This document shows positions 5,205 through 12,868 of a DNA stretch of 13,403 nucleotides, one piece after another; the stretch's first letter is position 1, and every line of letters starts with the position of its first letter. A program made the position numbers and the translations under genes. The notes beneath the pieces were generated by a model, which ran no database searches, was not told the DNA's origin, and was given only the letters and a program-made list of their open reading frames with translations. Origin of the DNA: a virus; the IMG/VR virus record IMGVR_UViG_3300006072_001582; one strand, 5' to 3'.

Positions 5205-5933
5205 ATGACTGATCGTATTGTTGGTAAATTAGGTAAGCTAGATCCTAAGCGCCCTGCTGGGTTGCACATGCTTGCTTTCTATCAGGGCAACCCGTTGCCA
5301 GCTGCACCAGAGAGCGTAGCAGTGCCAAACGTAGATAATTGGGGAATGTTAGGAAATGATAAATATGGGGATTGTACTTTTGCTGGTATTGTTCACGCCA
5401 GAATGGCTAACGCTGCTTTCTTACAACTTACAGAAGGATTCCCTTCTGACACCGAAGTCGAGCAAAGTTATCTCAATTATACGAATGGACAAGATGCTGG
5501 AGCGGTCGAGGCGGACCTACTAAAGTACTGGCAGACCAACGGCTTGTTCAACACAAAGCTTGCTGCGTTCGCCCCTACTGACCATGCTGACCTTGATGAG
5601 CTCCGTAGCGTAATTGCCTCATATGGGCTTGTATACATTGGTGTAAAGCTCCCAGTCACCTTCCAGCAGCAATTCCTTGACAACCAGCCATGGGACCTTA
5701 CAGGCACTCCTGCTGACAATCAGATCGAAGGTGGCCACTGTGTCATCCTCGTAGGTTACGACAAGGACTACGCTGAATGTATTACCTGGGGTAAAGTGCA
5801 GAAGGTAACGTGGAGATGGCTGCAAAGCTACATGGAAGAGAGCTGGGCTCTCATCACTCCAGAGATTGTTGAAAAGGGTCAATATGGCGATATGCGCCTT
5901 GAAGACCTCACTACTGACCTAGGAAAACTATAA
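5205..5933 (+). CDS. papain-like (C1-type) cysteine peptidase, 242 aa
   Basis: Motif order and spacing are as in the papain fold. They are NDKYGDC-TFAG (Asn/Gln six residues before the catalytic Cys), GGHCVILVGYD (compare papain HAVAAVGY) and ECITWGKV (compare NSWG). I prefer the start at ATG 5205 (GGGAGA 7 nt upstream) over the in-frame ATG 5178, which overlaps the previous gene. Confidence 0.55.
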   Translation: MTDRIVGKLGKLDPKRPAGLHMLAFYQGNPLPAAPESVAVPNVDNWGMLGNDKYGDCTFAGIVHARMANAAFLQLTEGFPSDTEVEQSYLNYTNGQDAGAVEADLLKYWQTNGLFNTKLAAFAPTDHADLDELRSVIASYGLVYIGVKLPVTFQQQFLDNQPWDLTGTPADNQIEGGHCVILVGYDKDYAECITWGKVQKVTWRWLQSYMEESWALITPEIVEKGQYGDMRLEDLTTDLGKL

Positions 5934-7012
5934 TGGCTACTATCCCACCAAGACTTAATGAGATCCTTGAAGAACAAGGTGACAAGGTTCGAATTGTTGC
6001 TAACGTTGGCCCAATGCAATACAAGACTGGTGGCACGTTCTCTGGTCTTCTTGTTGAAGCAATGGTTGGAGACGAAAGAATCGGTTATTTCACTGCTGAA
6101 AAGCAAGCTAGTGGCAACTACATCATGGATGGTGTTTACGTCGAGCCAGAATACCGAAACCAAGGCATTGCAACAGAAATGCTGCGCAAAGCGCACGCAA
6201 CTGTTAACGTTATTCCTTATGCATTGACAGATAACCAAGTTTACCAGTCAGAAGCTGGTAAGGGGTTCGCTGCTAAGGAACTTCGCATGGTCACAGCAAG
6301 CACAATTGTGACTGCTGGTCCTCTTCTTGCTATCCCAGAGCTTCTTGGTGCTGGAGAAGCAGTCGCTGGCGCTGGAGAGGCCGCTGCAGGTGCAGAAGGT
6401 GGTGGCCTTAGCGATGCATTGAAGAACTTGCCTAGTAGCAACTCAAGCGGTAATGAAAATGGCGACAATAGCAATGATATCAACAATACGCCAGATTCTG
6501 GTGGTGGACAGAGCTTTGCAAGCCCTGCTAACCCCGTAGTTGGTAGCATCATGCCTCTCGAGACTCACCCATTGGCTCCTACTAAGCCAATCACAGTTCC
6601 ACCTTTCACTGTTCCTGGTAAGCCATCAAAGACTCCTCCTAGCACACCACAACCATCTCCCACAACTTGGCAGCCAGCTCCTAAAACAATTGGTGATAAA
6701 ACAGAAGCTATGCCAGAACCTTCTCTTGAAGAAGAAACTTCTACTAAGAGTGAGCAAGAGACTAGTAACCCACCACAACAGAAAACTAAGCTTGAAACTG
6801 GTCAAGAACCAATGCCTACAAAGCAAACGCCAGAAAAAGGGTCATCTGGTCCTGGAGCAGGAATTAACCTTGAGCTTAATTTCCCACAAACTATATCTAA
6901 CTTCCCAACGCCAGCTCGACCAATCACTGGTAGCAGCAATAGATTAATTGATTTGTTGAATGAAGATCGTTTCAATTCAACTAACAATGACAAACCAACC
7001 AGCTGGGAATAA
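5933..7012 (+). CDS. N-terminal GNAT-family acetyltransferase-like domain (about 125 aa) fused to a long Pro/Thr/Ser/Gly/Glu-rich tail (about 230 aa) predicted to be disordered
   Basis: GNAT motif A is recognisable: VYVEPEYRNQGIATEMLRKA, matching V-x-V-x-P-E-x-R-x-x-G-I-A. The rest of the protein is GAGEAVAGAGEAAAGAEGGG, NSSGNENGDNSNDINN, PPFTVPGKPSKTPPSTPQPSPTTWQPAPK and similar. TAATG overlap with the upstream peptidase gene. Confidence 0.55.
   Translation: MATIPPRLNEILEEQGDKVRIVANVGPMQYKTGGTFSGLLVEAMVGDERIGYFTAEKQASGNYIMDGVYVEPEYRNQGIATEMLRKAHATVNVIPYALTDNQVYQSEAGKGFAAKELRMVTASTIVTAGPLLAIPELLGAGEAVAGAGEAAAGAEGGGLSDALKNLPSSNSSGNENGDNSNDINNTPDSGGGQSFASPANPVVGSIMPLETHPLAPTKPITVPPFTVPGKPSKTPPSTPQPSPTTWQPAPKTIGDKTEAMPEPSLEEETSTKSEQETSNPPQQKTKLETGQEPMPTKQTPEKGSSGPGAGINLELNFPQTISNFPTPARPITGSSNRLIDLLNEDRFNSTNNDKPTSWE
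6314..7009 (+). other. low-complexity coding segment (Pro/Thr/Ser/Gly/Gln/Glu-rich) within the 5933-7012 gene
   Basis: Translation is dominated by P, T, S, G, E, Q, N with no hydrophobic core. The shadow ORFs 6241-6552(-), 6540-6947(+) and 6626-6826(-) arise from this region. Confidence 0.6.
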
Positions 7013-7047
7013 GAGTTAAAATAGCCCCCAAGGCGCACTAGTCATTG

Positions 7048-8328
7048 ATGAGATACGCTACGCAGGATAACGGTAATTACGGAGACGATGCTTCGCTACG
7101 AGGCATTGAAGACGCTACCGAAGAAGACGATGCAGGGTTTGGCCTTCCAGGACAAAGCCAAGTCGGTACTGTTGGCCACTTTAGATTTGCAGACATTGGT
7201 AACGAAGACGAAAACTCTACGAGATTGACTGCTTTGGGCGATGAGCCTAAGGATACAATTGATCTCGAGGGGCAACCACCAGTTGTAAGCAATGAAGGGC
7301 TTTCTAGCGTATCTCCAGGATCGCTATCAACAATTATTGGAGCAAACATGAGCATGAATGCAAGAATTGCATACGTGATGGAGAATGGTGAGCCATTCTG
7401 TAATCACTGCGAAAAGACATACTTCCCAGGAACACGCATTGCATGCACAAATTGTGGTTGCAACCAGCCTGCTAATGACCACGGCATTGGCGAAAATAAC
7501 TTCTCGGGTGAGAGCCTTACAACAGTAGAAGGCCCTACTGCTGGCGACCTTGATGCTGGGCGTGACATCGTTAAGGAAGAAGCCAAGATGGGTGCCGCTG
7601 GTGCTTTCTACGCTATGTTCAAAGAAGCTAACGACAGTGAGCTTTACTACCAAGGCTACGGCGATGCACAAGCCGGTAAGCCAATGGACGAGGATCTTGC
7701 CCTCTTGAGCAAGGACTACTACAACGGTTACACACAATACAAGTTCTACAACAAGACCCCTCAGCAGAGCGAAGGTCAAAGCTTGTATGACATTAAACCA
7801 AATAGCAACTTAATTCCTCGTTCACACGATATGACACCTGGCGAAGCTGATCGTGGTCCTCTTGAGCTGACTGATGGTTTTGGTCACGCCACTGCATCCA
7901 AGCAAGCCGGTATGTATGATGCTGCACACATGTTCATGGATCGTAAAGACTCCCAAAAGGATGATACCAATAACTATCATGCAACTTTGCGTGATAATCA
8001 CCTCAATGCTGCTAACAAGTTGCAGGGTAACACTCCATGGACAGGAAGAACAAACTCCGATGGTTCTCCAGAGTTTCATGGTGCTGATACTTTCCATGGT
8101 AACAACCCTGATCACAGAGAAGCTTACTTCGCACACATGGATGCAGCAGAAGCACATGGAAAAGCTATAGCGACTCCTGGAACTGGCATGAACTACAACA
8201 AAGCTAAAAACAATGCAGATGTTGCTTCTAGAGCAGCTTGGGCAAAAGACCCAACGAACCCACCTGCTGCAAGAACTTCATCTATCGGTCTCCCCGTTGA
8301 TGTTCTCGAAAAGTTCTTTAGGTTCTAA
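7048..8328 (+). CDS. hypothetical protein (426 aa) with an internal Cys4 zinc-ribbon (CNHCEKTYFPGTRIACTNCGC)
   Basis: Long ORF. The first ATG is at 7048 (N-terminus MRYATQDNGNYGDD). No recognisable enzymatic motif. It is rich in Asp/Asn/Gly/Tyr. Confidence 0.7.
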   Translation: MRYATQDNGNYGDDASLRGIEDATEEDDAGFGLPGQSQVGTVGHFRFADIGNEDENSTRLTALGDEPKDTIDLEGQPPVVSNEGLSSVSPGSLSTIIGANMSMNARIAYVMENGEPFCNHCEKTYFPGTRIACTNCGCNQPANDHGIGENNFSGESLTTVEGPTAGDLDAGRDIVKEEAKMGAAGAFYAMFKEANDSELYYQGYGDAQAGKPMDEDLALLSKDYYNGYTQYKFYNKTPQQSEGQSLYDIKPNSNLIPRSHDMTPGEADRGPLELTDGFGHATASKQAGMYDAAHMFMDRKDSQKDDTNNYHATLRDNHLNAANKLQGNTPWTGRTNSDGSPEFHGADTFHGNNPDHREAYFAHMDAAEAHGKAIATPGTGMNYNKAKNNADVASRAAWAKDPTNPPAARTSSIGLPVDVLEKFFRF

Positions 8329-8329
8329 T

Positions 8330-8980
8330 ATGGAAAAATGTTTTATATGCAGAAAGGGTGAGCTTGTTAGAACATCTAGCAAGGCTGGCCCAGAAATCTA
8401 TTGCAATGGTTGCCGCCGCGTAATTCTTAGCTCATATCTTGGTTTTAGCATCACTGCTGCCAATATTAAGAACGAGCTGAGAGAATGCACTATTGAAACT
8501 GCAGAAGGCACTAAGCCTGGCTGGAAGGGTCCTGGAGACAGAGCCAAGTGTCACCCATACGAGCCTGGTCAAAAGGAAAGTGAAGAAGATGCACTTGATA
8601 AGGCAGCTGATTCAGTTTACTCTTGGAGACACCGCAAGGGTGCATCAAAGATCGTTAACGCACTTGCTTATTTTGAAGGTGCTCCCGATCTGATTGTCCC
8701 ACAGGCAGCAAGCTCACAGAACTTTGCCAACAACGGTCCTAACCCAGCTCCTCCTTCGGGAAAATCACAAGATTTTTCTGCCACTAACCAAAGTCCTATT
8801 GGCCAAGCTACTGCTCCCAATGACCTTCAACCCGGTGAGCTGAATGGTGCTAACCCATTGAATAGTGGTACTACTGCTAGCAAGAAGCTAGCCGAGTTGC
8901 TTTCAGAAGAGTTGGGCCCTAGTTTTTGCACAGAACATATGACACACGATGAATGTAATCATAGCCGTAACGCGCAATAG
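8330..8980 (+). CDS. hypothetical protein (216 aa) with an N-terminal zinc-ribbon (CFICRKG-x16-CNGCRR)
   Basis: ATG at 8330, 1 nt after the upstream stop (8326-8328). The upstream extension to 8213 offered by the ORF track would overlap the previous gene by 116 nt and was not adopted. Confidence 0.65.
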   Translation: MEKCFICRKGELVRTSSKAGPEIYCNGCRRVILSSYLGFSITAANIKNELRECTIETAEGTKPGWKGPGDRAKCHPYEPGQKESEEDALDKAADSVYSWRHRKGASKIVNALAYFEGAPDLIVPQAASSQNFANNGPNPAPPSGKSQDFSATNQSPIGQATAPNDLQPGELNGANPLNSGTTASKKLAELLSEELGPSFCTEHMTHDECNHSRNAQ

Positions 8981-9007
8981 TGTTTGAGGAAAAAGAAAGA
9001 TTCCATT

Positions 9008-9718
9008 ATGAACTACGAAAATATTGAGATTGAAGCCAAGACCGCAGCTGCTGATGCACGCTGGTTTAATGGTACCTCAGAGAGCATCTTGACACGTCTT
9101 GACAGGCTGCAGGACATTCTGGACAAGACTCGTATGGCTGCTAGCAACCCTAACGTTGGTCAAAGAGAGATCGAGCGCTATGCTAACATCATCACCGAGC
9201 TTGGTGCTGAGAAGGAATCGCTCGAGAAGCTGGCTTCAGAGTACGTTGACTTTGACACTGAGGACTACCTCAATAGCTTGCCTGGTGGCACAATTGCTAA
9301 GGAATATCGCGTTAGCAGTGCTGGCACAAGTGACCTTGGCGAAGACGATGGCAGCCTTTTGTACCGTACAGCTGCTGGCATTGAGAACGAGTTTGAGTCA
9401 GCTGACTGGATCAACTTCGTTACCGCTGGTGCTGAGGTTTGGGTCGAAGACCAACACAACCGCCTTCTGGGCAGCCAGCTTGACACACGTGAAGCTGCTG
9501 TTTACTACGTAGAGCGTAAGACGCTTCCTATCCTTGACACTGTAAAGCGTGCATCTATCATTGAAAACTTTGTTGACAATGTAGAGATTTGCCGTCGTGC
9601 TAAGAACGAGGGTGCAGGCTTCCGCAGCATCAAGAGTGCTAGCGCAAACAAGCTGTCTGCTCGCCTTGTTGAGCAATCAATTGATGAGTCGTTCGGAGAT
9701 GGCCTTAACTGGCTGTAA
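9008..9718 (+). CDS. hypothetical protein (236 aa)
   Basis: Long ORF. ATG 9008 is preferred over the in-frame TTG at 8984. A purine-rich stretch (GAGGAAAAAGAAAGA) lies upstream. No recognisable motif. Confidence 0.65.
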   Translation: MNYENIEIEAKTAAADARWFNGTSESILTRLDRLQDILDKTRMAASNPNVGQREIERYANIITELGAEKESLEKLASEYVDFDTEDYLNSLPGGTIAKEYRVSSAGTSDLGEDDGSLLYRTAAGIENEFESADWINFVTAGAEVWVEDQHNRLLGSQLDTREAAVYYVERKTLPILDTVKRASIIENFVDNVEICRRAKNEGAGFRSIKSASANKLSARLVEQSIDESFGDGLNWL

Positions 9719-9720
9719 CA

Positions 9721-10242
9721 ATGGACAATTGGAATGGCTTTAGAGTCGTCAGTGCAACAGAAGTAGAAGACGACACTAGAAACCCAGAATATGAAGAAGA
9801 TGTTAGTGATTTGGTCACTGCTCTGAAAAGAATGCTTGCTGAAGCATACGTTCTCTATCACACTATTCATGGTTTCCACTGGAATGTTGTTGGTAATGAC
9901 TTCTATCAATATCACAAGTTCTTTGATGAGATCGTAGATGATATCTACGAAAACATTGACCCAATTGCAGAAAACATCAGAAAGCTTGATGCTAAAGCTC
10001 CTTTTGTAATGAGCCAATTGTCTGGACTTAGTAGAATTAAAGAAGTAGGTTCTAACGATGATGATGCACGTAATCTTGCTAAGCAATTCTTAGATATGAA
10101 TAACGAATACATTGATCACATTAAAAAGGTCTTTGTTCTTGCTGACAAAGATAACGAGCAAGGTATTGCAAACTTCATTGCTGAACGCATTGATCAACAC
10201 CAAAAGTGGAGTTGGTTCTTGAAGGCGTCTACCGAGGCATAA
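9721..10242 (+). CDS. dps: Dps-like / ferritin-superfamily protein (173 aa)
   Basis: Strong match to the Dps signature: LYHTIHGFHWNVVGNDFYQYHKFFDEIVDDIYENIDPIAENIRKL (compare Dps Y-x-K-x-H-x-FHW-x-V-x-G-x-x-F-x-x-x-H-x-x-F-E-E...D-x-IAERI). The C-terminal ADKDNEQGIANFIAERIDQHQKWSWFLKA also resembles the Dps helix-D region. The ferroxidase-site residues (His and Asp/Glu) are present. Confidence 0.8.
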   Translation: MDNWNGFRVVSATEVEDDTRNPEYEEDVSDLVTALKRMLAEAYVLYHTIHGFHWNVVGNDFYQYHKFFDEIVDDIYENIDPIAENIRKLDAKAPFVMSQLSGLSRIKEVGSNDDDARNLAKQFLDMNNEYIDHIKKVFVLADKDNEQGIANFIAERIDQHQKWSWFLKASTEA

Positions 10243-10472
10243 TGGATTCTGTAACAGAGAACATTGGCAACGTAGTCGCTTTGATGACAGCAATCATCAG
10301 CGGCCAAGAGGAACTAGCTTATGAAATGGTCCTCGAGAGTGATCCCATCCAACTCTTCAGCTCACTTGCTGGTGTTATGATGGTGTTTATCAATAAACTA
10401 TCAAGCGTAAATGGGATCACCCCAGAAGAGTGCCTAAAGAACTTGGCACTTGTAGCTTACAAAGCTAACTAA
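10242..10472 (+). CDS. hypothetical small protein (76 aa)
   Basis: ATG 10242 overlaps the upstream stop (TAATG). ORF MDSVTENIGNVVALMTAIISGQEELAYEMVLESD... Predicted helical and acidic. Confidence 0.55.
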   Translation: MDSVTENIGNVVALMTAIISGQEELAYEMVLESDPIQLFSSLAGVMMVFINKLSSVNGITPEECLKNLALVAYKAN

Positions 10473-10474
10473 AT

Positions 10475-10771
10475 ATGGCATTAGAATTACCTGAAGGTAT
10501 TACGTACAACGATAATATTTCTAACGAAATAGAACTAGAATTTGTAAACGAAGTTGTAAATGATACAAAATGTAACGTATGTGACTTGCATTTTCAAGCT
10601 TCACTCGTTACAATTAATAACAAGCACGAAGGTATCGTAAAAACGTTACCTAGTGAAATTATCCTGTGGAAGAACGTTTTGCCAAAGGATCGCGTTAGAT
10701 GCATAAAAATGATCAACGAGACTCTCATTGCAAAACTTGATAAACACAAGGAAAGGCATAGCAATGATTAG
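10475..10771 (+). CDS. hypothetical small protein (98 aa) with a CNVC motif
   Basis: ATG 2 nt after the upstream stop. ORF MALELPEGITYNDN...KCNVCDLHF... Confidence 0.6.
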   Translation: MALELPEGITYNDNISNEIELEFVNEVVNDTKCNVCDLHFQASLVTINNKHEGIVKTLPSEIILWKNVLPKDRVRCIKMINETLIAKLDKHKERHSND

Positions 10772-10928
10772 ATACAGCAACAAGCCAGATAAGAATGCCC
10801 GCGTCATCACAGATAGCCCTACTTCAACAATTAAGACAACTAAGGACGTAGCTGGTCTTAATGATGAAGATAAGCCTAGCGAGAACTATAGAGACTTGCA
10901 GGATCTTGATGCAGAGGACCAGAACTAA
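10764..10928 (+). CDS. hypothetical small acidic protein (54 aa)
   Basis: ATG 10764 with AAGGAAAGG upstream. It overlaps the previous gene by 8 nt (ATGATTAG). The in-frame ATG at 10728 is an alternative start. ORF MIRYSNKPDKNARVITDSP...DLDAEDQN. Confidence 0.45.
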   Translation: MIRYSNKPDKNARVITDSPTSTIKTTKDVAGLNDEDKPSENYRDLQDLDAEDQN

Positions 10929-10936
10929 GGAATAGT

Positions 10937-11803
10937 GTGACGAATAGCTCTGTCGAGAAAGACCCAGCAACACACATCGTTATCCCGGACACCCAAGCTA
11001 AAGATGGGGTCCCAACCGACCACCTCACTTGGATCGGTAACTATATTGTAGAAGAGTTCCACAACCAAGATGTGAAGATCATTCACCTTGGTGACCACGC
11101 TGATATGCCAGCCCTTTCAATGTACGATAAGGGTAAGAAGAGCATGGAGGGTCGTCGTGTCAAAGCAGACATTGAAGCTGCCAATGAACACTGGCACATC
11201 CTAAACCAGCCTCTTTATGACTATAACGAAAACAAGCGTAAGTCTAAGCATGCTATCTGGAACCCAGAGCGTCACATTCTTCTTGGTAACCACGAAGATC
11301 GTATCAACCGTGCAACAGAGATGGATGCACAGATTGATGGCCTATTTAGCACAGATGACCTTGACTATGCCCGTAGCGGTTGGAGAGTTAGCCCATTCAA
11401 GCACATTCTTTGGCTTGATGGTGTAGCTTACAGTCACTTCTTTTATAACCCTATGACGGGAAACCCCTATGGTGGTACGATTGATGCTCGTCTGAAGAAT
11501 ATCGGCCACTCATTTACTATGGGTCACCAACAAACGTTCCTTTATGGCATGCGTTACGTAAATGGTGGAAGAGATGAGAATGATGCGTTCTCACAGCATG
11601 GCCTTGTAGCCGGTGCTTGTTACCTGCACGATGAAAACTACAAGGGACCACAAGGCAATGCTCACTTTAGAGGTATTGTCGTTAAGCATGGTGTCCAAAA
11701 CGGTAGTTATGACATCCAGCAGATTTCACTTGACTCTTTGTGCCGTAGATATGAGGGAATGAGCCTCGAACGGTTTAAAAAGCTCAAGTATCCGCGTATG
11801 TAG
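10937..11803 (+). CDS. calcineurin-like metallophosphoesterase (288 aa)
   Basis: Ordered metallophosphoesterase motifs are present. They are VIPDTQ (motif I, D-x-Q variant of D-x-H), IHLGDHADMP (G-D-x-x-D), LLGNHED (G-N-H-E), then GHSFTMGH and AGACYLHD. The start is the GTG at 10937, preceded by AAGGAA. There is no in-frame ATG before the first motif. Confidence 0.65.
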   Translation: MTNSSVEKDPATHIVIPDTQAKDGVPTDHLTWIGNYIVEEFHNQDVKIIHLGDHADMPALSMYDKGKKSMEGRRVKADIEAANEHWHILNQPLYDYNENKRKSKHAIWNPERHILLGNHEDRINRATEMDAQIDGLFSTDDLDYARSGWRVSPFKHILWLDGVAYSHFFYNPMTGNPYGGTIDARLKNIGHSFTMGHQQTFLYGMRYVNGGRDENDAFSQHGLVAGACYLHDENYKGPQGNAHFRGIVVKHGVQNGSYDIQQISLDSLCRRYEGMSLERFKKLKYPRM

Positions 11804-11806
11804 TAT

Positions 11807-12868
11807 ATGGCATCTGCAAATACTCCTCAGCGCAAGAACTTTCGCTGCGTCTTTAACCGTTATGTCTCAGAATATAACAAGGACGCAGTCGTTCGTTCAA
11901 TCATGTCGCAGTTCGAAGGATACTTTGCTGATCCTGAAGTTACTTTGATGGATGATGGGTTTATCCTATCTCTTCAACTTGGTGATAACCTTTCAGCTAC
12001 GATGGCAAGAGACAAGATTCTCTGGAACCAGTTCGTAGAGAGCGTAACTGCTGCTGATGCCATCCGTAAGATACAAATCATCCGTTTACCTAAGGCTGGC
12101 AAAGAGAATGAGGGCACCGTAGGCGCCTGGGGGCCACACGGCAGTGATTCTGGTGTTGATGAGAAGCTTAACGTACCACTAGACCACGATCCACAATACA
12201 CGATCGGTCCTAATGAAGACGGATCGCTTGGTTGGCATGCTAGCGTACACTACGCTGACCCAACCAGTGAAATCTTGCCAACTGTCTATGGTCCAGGTGC
12301 TGAAGAAAGCCAACCTGTTGACGAAGACACCCCAAGTGACATTACTGACATGGATAGTGATGGAGCTACCCCTCTAGACGGTGGTGCACCAGCTAAGAAT
12401 CACCCAAAACTGTTTATGGGTTTCAAGATCGTTGCTATTGACAGCGATACTGGTGGTGCTTTCACTCTTAACCGACCAAACGAGTTCCAGAGTGTCAATG
12501 ATGCTCCTCGAGACGGTGGGCTTCACCAAGAAGCCACTCCAGCTACTGGTATTGGTGGTGGAGCTCCAATTAGTGGTGCTAGCTGGTACGTAACGCAACC
12601 TGGGAACGAACAAGGTACAGATTTGGGTACTGAGCGAGTCAAAAGCGATGCTTCAGCTGCTCCATTCGGGAACATTGCCGTTGGTAGCAGAACTGTAGAT
12701 GAGCCAATCGAAGAAGACGTTGAAAGTGCTGTTGACCTGCCACAAGCACGTGGTGGTGGTCAGTCTGTGCCAGATGGTGGTGCAGTAGAGGGCTGGTTCG
12801 CCAGTAATCACTTTGGTTTGAATGAAACATATGGATATGAAGGTGATGTAGATGACTACGACATATAA
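11807..12868 (+). CDS. hypothetical protein (353 aa) with a globular N-terminal half and a Gly/Asp/Pro/Ala-rich acidic C-terminal half
   Basis: Long ORF, ATG 3 nt after the upstream stop. The C-terminal half has repeated GGAP / GGGAP / GGGQSVPDGG stretches. Confidence 0.65.
   Translation: MASANTPQRKNFRCVFNRYVSEYNKDAVVRSIMSQFEGYFADPEVTLMDDGFILSLQLGDNLSATMARDKILWNQFVESVTAADAIRKIQIIRLPKAGKENEGTVGAWGPHGSDSGVDEKLNVPLDHDPQYTIGPNEDGSLGWHASVHYADPTSEILPTVYGPGAEESQPVDEDTPSDITDMDSDGATPLDGGAPAKNHPKLFMGFKIVAIDSDTGGAFTLNRPNEFQSVNDAPRDGGLHQEATPATGIGGGAPISGASWYVTQPGNEQGTDLGTERVKSDASAAPFGNIAVGSRTVDEPIEEDVESAVDLPQARGGGQSVPDGGAVEGWFASNHFGLNETYGYEGDVDDYDI

Noticed and set aside
8213-8329. Upstream extension of the 8330 gene to an ATG at 8213 (as in the ORF track)
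   Set aside because: It would overlap the 3' end of the 7048-8328 gene by 116 nt in another frame. The ATG at 8330 lies 1 nt after that gene's stop and begins directly with the zinc-ribbon motif.
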